This document shows positions 10,195 to 18,909 of a stretch of 64,000 nucleotides of DNA, one piece after another; the stretch's first letter is position 1; every line of letters starts with the position of its first letter. The stretch spans positions 448,001-512,000 of the forward strand of contig JAHQJS010000004.1 in NCBI GenBank assembly GCA_019057385.1, read 5' to 3'. This DNA comes from Candidatus Borrarchaeum weybense. GTDB lineage: Archaea > Asgardarchaeota > Sifarchaeia > Borrarchaeales > Borrarchaeaceae. The notes below the pieces were generated by a model, which saw only the letters and a list, made by a program, of their open reading frames with translations, searched no databases and was not told the origin of the DNA. The translations under genes were made by a program, and so were the position numbers.

Positions 10195-11340
10195 GTGTAT
10201 AATTTGTCTGAAGTTTACTTTGCATCTGCAACCTCATATTTTCCATGGCAAAATATGAAAATATCCTTAGAACATCTATTCGACCTATTAAAGATTCCAC
10301 AATGGATTCCTGAAAGAATACGAGTTGGTGTCAAATTTGAAACTGGTCATGAAGATTGTACTCGTTATTTATCTCCGCTATTTGTAAGGACAATGCTTGA
10401 TGAGTTTACTAGACTCCATAAACCACCTATTGGCCTTGATTCAATAAACCTCTGGAGAGGAGGAAGGCGATACGATCCAGCGGGCTGGGTTGACAAATGC
10501 CGGCATCATGGTTTTTCTATGGAGACATTAGGGACTGAAATATTTTTAACTGAGGGCTATACTGGTCAGGATAGCAAGACTTTGATGAACAAATTGGGCA
10601 AAAAAATTCGCGTTTTGGAAATTGGTGCAACGGTTACATATTGCCAATTATTAGTGATGCTAACCCATGTTACGGGGCATCCTTTACTCGGCTTCTACGG
10701 GGCAATCGCCGATCTGGCTTTAGGATGTACTGCTAGAAAAGGCAAAATGCGCATTCATGAGGACCTTCTACCAACTGTAAACATGGAAAAATGCAACTTG
10801 TGTGGCTTATGTGAACGAATGTGTGAATGGGACGCAATCAAAGTAGCTGAAACTGTAGTTATTGATCCAAAAAAATGCGTTGGGTGTGGAAAATGTATAG
10901 TCAAATGCCCACGGGTGGCAATAGAAGTTACTTCAAATCAAATAAGGGATTTTCAAATAAAGGTAGCGGATGCGGCGTCATTTATCGTCCAAGCAATGGA
11001 CAGTAATATCGCCTACTTCAACTTTCTAATTGATTGCACGCCTCATCCTGATTTTGATGCAAACTCTGGCATTCCATTTATTCCAGACATTGGTATCTTA
11101 GTGTCGAAAGATCCTGTAGCTATAGATAAAGCAACCCTTGATCTTGTCAACAGAGTACCAGGTGTGAGAGGTTCCGTAGCTGAACAGTTTAACGTATTGG
11201 ATAATAACACAGAAAAATTCAAGGCCATTAGCTTTGCTGGAGCAGCGGATCCAATGGTCCAGATTACCTCTGCTGAAGAACTTGGTCTCGGAAGCACAAA
11301 GTATGAATTAATTGATGTATGGGAACTAGAAAATGAGTAG
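10195..11340 (+). CDS. DUF362 family protein with 2x[4Fe-4S] ferredoxin domain (degenerate motifs)
   Basis: Two CxxCxxCxxxC motifs, 'PDIGILVSKDPVAIDKA', 'GLGS..YEL'. Confidence 0.8.
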   Translation: MYNLSEVYFASATSYFPWQNMKISLEHLFDLLKIPQWIPERIRVGVKFETGHEDCTRYLSPLFVRTMLDEFTRLHKPPIGLDSINLWRGGRRYDPAGWVDKCRHHGFSMETLGTEIFLTEGYTGQDSKTLMNKLGKKIRVLEIGATVTYCQLLVMLTHVTGHPLLGFYGAIADLALGCTARKGKMRIHEDLLPTVNMEKCNLCGLCERMCEWDAIKVAETVVIDPKKCVGCGKCIVKCPRVAIEVTSNQIRDFQIKVADAASFIVQAMDSNIAYFNFLIDCTPHPDFDANSGIPFIPDIGILVSKDPVAIDKATLDLVNRVPGVRGSVAEQFNVLDNNTEKFKAISFAGAADPMVQITSAEELGLGSTKYELIDVWELENE

Positions 11341-11420
11341 ACAAAAAGTTGTTTTGATTGAAAAATACTTGCAAAAATATCTTTTATAATGTATGATAAT
11401 GATATAGATCAAAAAAGAGG

Positions 11421-11810
11421 GTGGTAAAAATAGACACCGTTCCTAAAAAAGATATTACTGTGGAAGTTCCCCTATTCAAAGAGAAGTGGGTTAGAAAACT
11501 TATGGTATGCACTCTACACGATCTTGGTGTAACATGTCCAGGTATTTGTTCACATCAAATTCCTCCAGGAATAGGAGGACGACACTGTGGCACATTGAGT
11601 CGTGTACTTCATAAAGGCACAAAATCCATTTTGAGAACACTTAGCAAATTGGCAAAATTAGGATATGTGGATATTTTGGAGATTTCAGCTGGTGAAGGTA
11701 GTAAAGGACAGTTAAGAAGGGCGATTCAAAAAGTTTATAGATTAAGTGAGAAGGGCAAAGAAAAGGCAAAAGAATTTGATGATGAATTTGAATATAAAGA
11801 CTTAATATAG
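11421..11810 (+). CDS. Winged-HTH protein with a Cys/His-rich N-terminal segment
   Basis: 'LSKLAKLGYV....KVYRLSEKGKE'; C..H...C...C.H...HC cluster. Confidence 0.55.
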   Translation: MVKIDTVPKKDITVEVPLFKEKWVRKLMVCTLHDLGVTCPGICSHQIPPGIGGRHCGTLSRVLHKGTKSILRTLSKLAKLGYVDILEISAGEGSKGQLRRAIQKVYRLSEKGKEKAKEFDDEFEYKDLI

Positions 11811-11839
11811 ATACGGAAGATAGTAGATATGGGTTTCCT

Positions 11840-12172
11840 ATGAATATAAAAGAAAAAATACTTCAGGAATTGAAACGACGCCATTTGGCATTAGTAAATC
11901 CTCGAGAATGGGTTAGTATAAATGAGATTTCCTATCTCTTCTCATTTTATGTTATTACTCGTATGATAGAACCTGAAGATGTCATAGAGGCACTCAAGGA
12001 ACTCATTGAAGATAAAATAATTGTTGAAAAGGATAATATGCAATATTTCCAATTAGCAAATTATGAGGCTTTTATTAAAGAAGTAGAAAACCTCTGGAAG
12101 CAAAAATCAAAAATAAGACGTTCCGTAGTACAAAAGGAATATGATGATGAAAAGAGATCATGCAATCTCTAA
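11840..12172 (+). CDS. Hypothetical protein (possible wHTH)
   Basis: 'EDVIEALKELIEDKII'; operonic position. Confidence 0.45.
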   Translation: MNIKEKILQELKRRHLALVNPREWVSINEISYLFSFYVITRMIEPEDVIEALKELIEDKIIVEKDNMQYFQLANYEAFIKEVENLWKQKSKIRRSVVQKEYDDEKRSCNL

Positions 12173-12269
12173 TGATAGATTTTTTGTCAAGCTATTAATT
12201 TCTTCATAATAAGAGAACTATTCACGAACGATATGTAATAACTTGAAGACTTGATAGAGGTGTAATTTA

Positions 12270-13235
12270 ATGAGTACGAAAGAAGAAAAGGAAAAGAAAG
12301 CAGAAGAAGTAATTGAGAAGATTTTGGGATATAGAGAAAAAGGCGATAAGAGAGCCGAACTTAAATATGTTGCAAAGTTACGTTCCCCCATTTTAGCTAG
12401 GTTCAGAAACATCAAACATAAAATTGCAGTCATGTCCGGTAAAGGAGGCGTTGGTAAGACCACGGTAGCGACAAATTTGGTTGCAGCGTTTAAAGCGGAA
12501 GGCTATAACTGTGGCATCTTAGATGCCGATGTTCACGGCCCTAATGTCCATAAAATGCTGGGAGTAACGGAAAAATCTCCATCATTTAAAGGACGGACAT
12601 TTTATCCCCTTGAAAACGAAGATGGCATTAAAGTATGGTCGGTAGCATTGTATTGGCCAAGTGAATCAACACCTGTTCTTTGGCGCGGTCCATACAAAAC
12701 GAGAGTAATCAAACAATTCTTGGCCGCTGTAGATTGGGGACCCTTGGATTTTCTAGTAGTTGATCTTCCCCCTGGAACAGGTGATGAACCCCTCACAATA
12801 GTAGAAAAAATACCAGACATTGATGGAGTGGTCATAGTTTCTACCCCTCAAGAGGTTGCTCTTTTAGATGTCAGAAAGGCTGGGGTGATGTTAAAAGAGA
12901 AGAATGTGAGGCCTTTGGGCATTATTGAAAACATGTCAGCTCGTGCGATCTGTCCTCATTGTGGTGAAATACTTAAATGCGCAAATTGTGGAAATGAAAC
13001 GATTTTATTTGGAGAAGGTGGCTCAGAAATCGTTGCTGAAGAACTAGAAGTGCCATTTCTTGGAAGCATACCCGTTGATCCTCGTATAAGAACTTCTGGA
13101 GATGAGGGTAAACCTTTTGTCATCAAATATCCTGATAGTGAGGCCGCAAAGAAGTTTAGAGACATTGTTCGAAGAATCGAAGAAGAATTAAGTATTTCGA
13201 ACGACACAACTGAATCTCAAGAAACTGAAGCCTGA
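12270..13235 (+). CDS. mrp: Mrp/NBP35/ApbC Fe-S carrier ATPase
   Basis: SGKGGVGKTT, DADVHGP, DLPPGTGD, ENMS, CPHC. Confidence 0.95.
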   Translation: MSTKEEKEKKAEEVIEKILGYREKGDKRAELKYVAKLRSPILARFRNIKHKIAVMSGKGGVGKTTVATNLVAAFKAEGYNCGILDADVHGPNVHKMLGVTEKSPSFKGRTFYPLENEDGIKVWSVALYWPSESTPVLWRGPYKTRVIKQFLAAVDWGPLDFLVVDLPPGTGDEPLTIVEKIPDIDGVVIVSTPQEVALLDVRKAGVMLKEKNVRPLGIIENMSARAICPHCGEILKCANCGNETILFGEGGSEIVAEELEVPFLGSIPVDPRIRTSGDEGKPFVIKYPDSEAAKKFRDIVRRIEEELSISNDTTESQETEA

Positions 13236-13247
13236 GGTGAATATTTA

Positions 13248-13571
13248 ATGCCTGATGAAATCTCTTTAGACGATATTGTTCTTAAGGTAGCTGAAAGGTC
13301 GACAAAAGCACTGGAGAAATTAATCTTTTCTCTTGCTACCCCAGAAGAGGTCTCCGAAGAAATAACAGATATCGATGTGTCGGGATTGCTAGAGAACAAT
13401 TGGGCAAAATTTACTTCGGATCCGAAGTATCACTACCATCTTGAGATTCTACAAACAGTATTAACTCTTAAAGATCAGTTATTGGATCAAGTACAAGAGA
13501 TGGGTATTGATAGCATAAAATCAGATTTAGAAGTTCTAGATTTTGCACGAGAAAAAATTGCCAACAAGTGA
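13248..13571 (+). CDS. Hypothetical protein
   Basis: 107-aa ORF with a GAGGTG SD right after mrp. Confidence 0.6.
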   Translation: MPDEISLDDIVLKVAERSTKALEKLIFSLATPEEVSEEITDIDVSGLLENNWAKFTSDPKYHYHLEILQTVLTLKDQLLDQVQEMGIDSIKSDLEVLDFAREKIANK

Positions 13572-13644
13572 TTATGAACTGAAAAGCCTTTAAGAGGTCA
13601 TCCTTCTCTTTAAGACAAGTTTCTTGAATTACCGTTTTTGGCCT

Positions 13645-14433
13645 TTAATTTGTTCTAGCAATTTGTCTTGTTAGAACCTCTCTTAGAATCATCTCTATAG
13701 GCATTATCACCCTTTTGACGGTTTCTGGTCGAGATTCTTTTTTAAGACGACCGTTATCAGCTTTTACTCTAGACGTGCTATCAGATTTCAGTAGTGTAAC
13801 CAAATCGTTTTTTGCATCCATACAACTCATTTCAATAATGCGTGAATGCGCGTCTCTCATTCGTTCGCTCCATCCCGTCTCAACAAGTAACTCCGATATC
13901 TGACTAACTGGGGTACGTACCTCCGTTGGAAGATCCATTTTATTCAAGCAGATCACGAAAGGCACGTCTTTAAGACCGTAGCTGTCGATAAATTCTGTGA
14001 GTTCCGTTAAGGCGCTTCTATTAGCCTCAAACTGTGCGCTTGTAGAGTCTAATATGATAATAAGTCCTTGGACGCCGCTTGTGACCACCTCTCTTTGTGT
14101 TATGTGGCGAAGTTGACCAGGGACGGTATAAATATGTGCTTTCAAGCGATCTTTGCCAGTCAACGGGTTATAACCAAAACCGAACACTCCGCGATCAAAA
14201 AACAATGTTCTCTTAGTTGGATCCTCAAGTGTGAGAAAGCTGTAAACGCGCTCTGGATCTTCTAAGGTTTTTAAAACTTTGAAGATAGTGAGTGCCATTG
14301 TCTTGCCTGCCATAGAAGCACCCCAGAACACTAGTTTAACTACTGGGACTTCATCAAAATCCTTTTTAAGATGTTCCAATGGTTTTCTGCCTCCAGTTCC
14401 TAAATATGGTTCTCTTGGAGAATTATGAGCCAA
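13645..14433 (-). CDS. MglA-like small GTPase
   Basis: G1 GASMAGKT, RTLFFD, YTVPGQ, G4 NKMD. Confidence 0.85.
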   Translation of the reverse strand: MAHNSPREPYLGTGGRKPLEHLKKDFDEVPVVKLVFWGASMAGKTMALTIFKVLKTLEDPERVYSFLTLEDPTKRTLFFDRGVFGFGYNPLTGKDRLKAHIYTVPGQLRHITQREVVTSGVQGLIIILDSTSAQFEANRSALTELTEFIDSYGLKDVPFVICLNKMDLPTEVRTPVSQISELLVETGWSERMRDAHSRIIEMSCMDAKNDLVTLLKSDSTSRVKADNGRLKKESRPETVKRVIMPIEMILREVLTRQIARTN

Positions 14434-15031
14434 TTATATGGTGTCTTGTCTGTTTTCAAATTTGGAGGATATTGCTGGGCTATTAACTTTTAAACTGCTA
14501 TAAAAACTTTAAGATAAAAAACTCAGCATTATTAGTTTTGTTTAGAAAAGAATTTCCTGACAACTTTTCCTCTTCACCTCTCCCCATGTTAGTACATCCG
14601 TCTTTTCCATGATTCCAACTTTGATAAGATATGTTGAATTGGGAATATTAACTCAGTGTTTTTATTCATTGCAGAATTGTAAGATCACTCAATTTGGATT
14701 CGGTTGCATGACACATTGTCGCTTTAAGTAGAGAAAAAGCACATTTTTCCAGTTATAGCATAATATATTTCCCTATCGGTAGTATCCGTGGATAAAATCG
14801 CTTAAAAACGGGAATGAATGACAGATAGAGGGAAGAGAAAGGTCATAAACACATATGGATGCATGGGAACATTTATAATTTCTCACAGGTACTCGGTATT
14901 TTAATTAAAGTTAGTTTATTTTGATGTTTTCGCATTACATTCGTAGAGATTTTGATTAACTCATGTAGATAAGTATTTTACTCGTTAATTCCTATGGATA
15001 TAAATCTTTTAGAACCTTCCCCAGTTAGCAG

Positions 15032-15466
15032 GTGATACAGATGTACGGTCCATCATGGAGAATGGATGAGATAATTAAGAACAAAGAGAATTTACTTAAA
15101 GAGAGTATTTTCTATGTAAGAAATAGAAAAGATGCACTTTCTGAAGAAATTCAGAAACTTAGCGAACGTGATAAGATGATCCTTCCACATATCCGCGATT
15201 TAGACATTGATCAAGTTATTAATGAGTTTATTGATGTCTATCTGAGCGGATTAATTGATATAGCTTGTGAGTCAAAAGATGTTGAAGAATTCACTAACAA
15301 AAGTAGCGAACTTATTTCCAATATTGAACTACAGTTTAACAAAAAAAAGATTGGAAAGCCTGTCTCAAATCTAGCGATAGATATCAGTATGGCGTTGGTT
15401 AACTTTGGAATGGGTATAGAATATCGTTTTTCGCCAAAAGAATCTGGAGCGCGACATTTGATTTGA
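15032..15466 (+). CDS. Hypothetical protein
   Basis: ORF with an AGGTG SD before the ATG at 15041. Confidence 0.55.
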   Translation: MIQMYGPSWRMDEIIKNKENLLKESIFYVRNRKDALSEEIQKLSERDKMILPHIRDLDIDQVINEFIDVYLSGLIDIACESKDVEEFTNKSSELISNIELQFNKKKIGKPVSNLAIDISMALVNFGMGIEYRFSPKESGARHLI

Positions 15467-15506
15467 GGGCTATAATCTTATTTAACTTAATTAATAGGAA
15501 TTCATT

Positions 15507-17540
15507 TTGGAGGAATGTATTTTGAATTTCCGCGGAATAATTGACATGGACAAATACGAACAAATAGTTAAACAATTCACAGATGAGCTTGAGAAAGTTG
15601 GTATTACTCCTTTAAATCAGGACGTCCTAGTAACCGTGCCAGTTCAGTCGTTCAAAGCATTTTTTTCAGCCCTTCCTCTTATTGATGCATTAAATAAGTC
15701 TGGGCTAAAAGCGAACTTAAAGACAGTTCGAAAACCTGAAGAAACGAAAGAAGAAAAAAAGAGAATAGAAAAAATGAGCGAACATGGTAGTATAACCGAG
15801 GATTCTTTCTATGAAAAGTATGCGGATCGCATCGGAACTGATCTCATTACGCAAATGCGCGATTTAGGAGGAGCGGGCGCACCCATGGCTTCCTCAATGT
15901 TTGGGGGTGGAAAGAAAGTACGTGTTGAAGAAGATGAATCTGATAAAATATATACTCTTTTAACATATGTTTGGGAACTTATCGATAAATATATCGAAGT
16001 ATGTGCAGGAGGCTCATATGATTACGAACATGAGCAAAAATTTGGGACGATTATGAATCGATTAAATCCATACTTTGCAGAAAAAAATGAGAACCCTCTT
16101 GAAAGTTGGGCTCGCGCTCCCCACATTATTTTAGATTTCGATGGTGATGCCTTTAAAAGTGTTCGAGGTTCTCCAGAAATTATACTAAAAATAGATAGTG
16201 CTGATTCGTGGGTTACATTATCAAATGTAGAAGATGATTTAGAAAAAGTATGTTTTGAGATCATAAGAAGTGGGTTTAATCTTCCTCGGGGAGGAGATAC
16301 ACTTATCATTCTTCCGAATATACCTTCCGAGAAACGTCGCAAAAAACCAAAAGAAGATTATCTTCAAGCGTATCTCCAAGCCTATAAACTGGAAGATGTT
16401 TCTTTTAAGCGGGGACGAATCGCGAGCATTTTAACACTTAACACAAAAGAGCACCCAAACGATCCTGCTGATAAAGTATGGTCTACAATTCAAGCATTTT
16501 GGGGGCTAGAATTCTCAAAATATGTTCCTCAAGAACCATTTAAACGTTATAAGATTTTCTCTGCTGTATCCGGTATGAGATACAAAGCGCGGTTACCTCA
16601 TGCAATTTGTATCTTCAAGGGAGAAGGATATTTTGGAAAGGATATTTTCGGTGAGATTATTGGATATCCTACACCAAACTTAAAGACGAAATGGACAAGT
16701 ACTCTTCAATTAATATCAAAACTTAAGTGGTATCCACAGTCAAGTGAAGATGATCGTGAACCTTTGATAAGATTGGGCTTGCAGGAAATTTTACCGATTT
16801 CAACGTTCTTACGAGTGTGTGGCATTGATTACAAGAACATGCGGAAGAGAAACGAGTCCATCAAAGAAGTTCTTGAAAAAGCAGAAAAACTTGAGGTGAC
16901 CGGACAACCAATCGATGGATTTGCCACAAACCTAACAGTTTCTCTTGGTAGGCGAGAACTCAGGAAAAGCGACTCTGAAGCTATATGGCCAGGAATGTTT
17001 GCCAACTTTCCTGGTGGAGAGGTTTATTTCACGCCAGAATCGCTTTCAGGCGTCTTCGTGTCGGATGAAGTGATATCTATCGATAGTAGTTACGTTCTTG
17101 AGTCACCTCTCGTAATAAAGATTGAAAATGGGCATTATACGGAGATAACAGGCAATCAACAGATCCTAAATATCCTCTTAACTGAGAAAGAAAAGGTCAA
17201 GAAAAGAATCACACATTTAGAAGAAAAACTGGCACTGCCAAATGAGGTTCTACAATTGTACAAAGACAATCTCGATCGAATCGGTGAGTTCGGTATTGGC
17301 ACGAATCTCAATGCACAATTGCCCAGTAGTTACCTGATAGAAGCCGAGAAGGCTGGTCGCACTATACATCTTGCACTAGGGTCTGGCTATGAGCCCGATA
17401 GGGCAACTTTGTATCATTGGGATGCTGTTGCAGGTCATCATCAAAAATTAACCCTCACGGCGTTAACAAGCGACGGTAACGAAATCCCTATCTTAATTGA
17501 AGGAGAATGGAGCAAAGAATTAGAAGAAGAGGAAACTTAA
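15507..17540 (+). CDS. M29 (thermophilic metalloprotease/aminopeptidase T)-like protein with a long N-terminal extension
   Basis: NFPGGEVY, GEFGIG, EAEK..TIHLALG, HWD. Confidence 0.75.
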   Translation: MEECILNFRGIIDMDKYEQIVKQFTDELEKVGITPLNQDVLVTVPVQSFKAFFSALPLIDALNKSGLKANLKTVRKPEETKEEKKRIEKMSEHGSITEDSFYEKYADRIGTDLITQMRDLGGAGAPMASSMFGGGKKVRVEEDESDKIYTLLTYVWELIDKYIEVCAGGSYDYEHEQKFGTIMNRLNPYFAEKNENPLESWARAPHIILDFDGDAFKSVRGSPEIILKIDSADSWVTLSNVEDDLEKVCFEIIRSGFNLPRGGDTLIILPNIPSEKRRKKPKEDYLQAYLQAYKLEDVSFKRGRIASILTLNTKEHPNDPADKVWSTIQAFWGLEFSKYVPQEPFKRYKIFSAVSGMRYKARLPHAICIFKGEGYFGKDIFGEIIGYPTPNLKTKWTSTLQLISKLKWYPQSSEDDREPLIRLGLQEILPISTFLRVCGIDYKNMRKRNESIKEVLEKAEKLEVTGQPIDGFATNLTVSLGRRELRKSDSEAIWPGMFANFPGGEVYFTPESLSGVFVSDEVISIDSSYVLESPLVIKIENGHYTEITGNQQILNILLTEKEKVKKRITHLEEKLALPNEVLQLYKDNLDRIGEFGIGTNLNAQLPSSYLIEAEKAGRTIHLALGSGYEPDRATLYHWDAVAGHHQKLTLTALTSDGNEIPILIEGEWSKELEEEET

Positions 17541-17570
17541 TTACGCTTTTTTGTATTTTTTCCGATGACT

Positions 17571-18731
17571 TCATCCCAAAGGCTTTTTCCAAAGCCCTAC
17601 TTTCTCGAAAAATTTATCATACGCGATTAAAATTACTAACCAAAGTCCTTGAAATATGAACGGGATTTTATTGTAAAAATGATCACTTTCATTGAGGATA
17701 TTGCCACCTAAATAAATGTAATATACGTAATAACTCAAAAGCGCTAATATAAAAACCAAAAGAGTTCTCATAAAGATATTAAATCGTTTATCATATTCGT
17801 GAGGCCAATTACCGCAGTAGAAAGCCCAGAAATATATCCATGATATTATGAATATTGAAAAGTTTGCAGCATTTCTTAGATACCAATCATTACTAGGACT
17901 CTCCCATAGAAACCAAGACTGGGTAGATGCTAATGCAAGAATTGCATAGAAAATATAGCCACCAATTAGGCAAATTGAACTTGCTAATATTCCTTGATAT
18001 GGTTGATTTTTTATTCTCTCAATTGGCCAATTTTCCCATAGTATACCTAAAAACAGCGTAACTGCTAGGGCGCTGTAAAGATACCCAATAAAGGCGTTAA
18101 GACTTATAACTTGTTTAAATTCACCATTTGCGATTTGTGCCGGGAGAACAAACCAAGCATAGGTTAAAACTAGAAGAAAAGTGCACCATAAAAACTCAAG
18201 AACTCTTATTTTGTATTTATTAAGCTCGTTTAAAGGCCAATGTCCCCAAAAAAACGACCACAATAAGTAGATGAAAATGCCTGTCGATGATATGAAAAAT
18301 AAAGAAGTATCTTTCACTTTATTAAAAAGCGAGCTAATTTCACCCCATACTAATGTAATATATGCAATAATTACAAACATAACCACAATATTTGCGGTGA
18401 AAAGAGCTAACCCTGTCTCTTTTTCTCTTATTTTTAATTTAGTCTTTAGAAACTCTTTGAATTCCATCTCTGGATCAATGAATTGGAGATAGAGGATTAT
18501 TGATAAAATAAATAAAAAGATGTAGTTGAGGACAAGATCAGCGGAAGCCTCTTCATACAAACGGAAAGTTTTCCAAATAAAAAACTCGCCTTCGGGATCG
18601 ATAAAAAGCCACCAAATAAAAAGCGATAAAGCGAATGTAAATACGAAAGCTAAAATTGATGTAATAATGGGATTATATCGTGGGATGATCTCAGTTTCTT
18701 TTTCTGTTGATTGAAATGCCATTCTTGTCAT
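17571..18731 (-). CDS. Polytopic membrane protein with repeated xxWP motifs
   Basis: About 10 TMs; WGHWP, WENWP, CGNWP repeats. Confidence 0.6.
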   Translation of the reverse strand: MTRMAFQSTEKETEIIPRYNPIITSILAFVFTFALSLFIWWLFIDPEGEFFIWKTFRLYEEASADLVLNYIFLFILSIILYLQFIDPEMEFKEFLKTKLKIREKETGLALFTANIVVMFVIIAYITLVWGEISSLFNKVKDTSLFFISSTGIFIYLLWSFFWGHWPLNELNKYKIRVLEFLWCTFLLVLTYAWFVLPAQIANGEFKQVISLNAFIGYLYSALAVTLFLGILWENWPIERIKNQPYQGILASSICLIGGYIFYAILALASTQSWFLWESPSNDWYLRNAANFSIFIISWIYFWAFYCGNWPHEYDKRFNIFMRTLLVFILALLSYYVYYIYLGGNILNESDHFYNKIPFIFQGLWLVILIAYDKFFEKVGLWKKPLG

Positions 18732-18909
18732 CCTCGAATTTCTTAGTCATTGAAAAGGTTATAGAAGTTTAATTTTCAAATATTTCGTATTTCCCAGTAT
18801 TTCCAATATCTACTTATATTTCATATTCTTCGGGCTGTAATGAATAAGCACTACTAAGTTAAAAAGATGAGTGAAGTTCAAAAAAAATGGAAGAAAGACT
18901 GTTGTGTTC

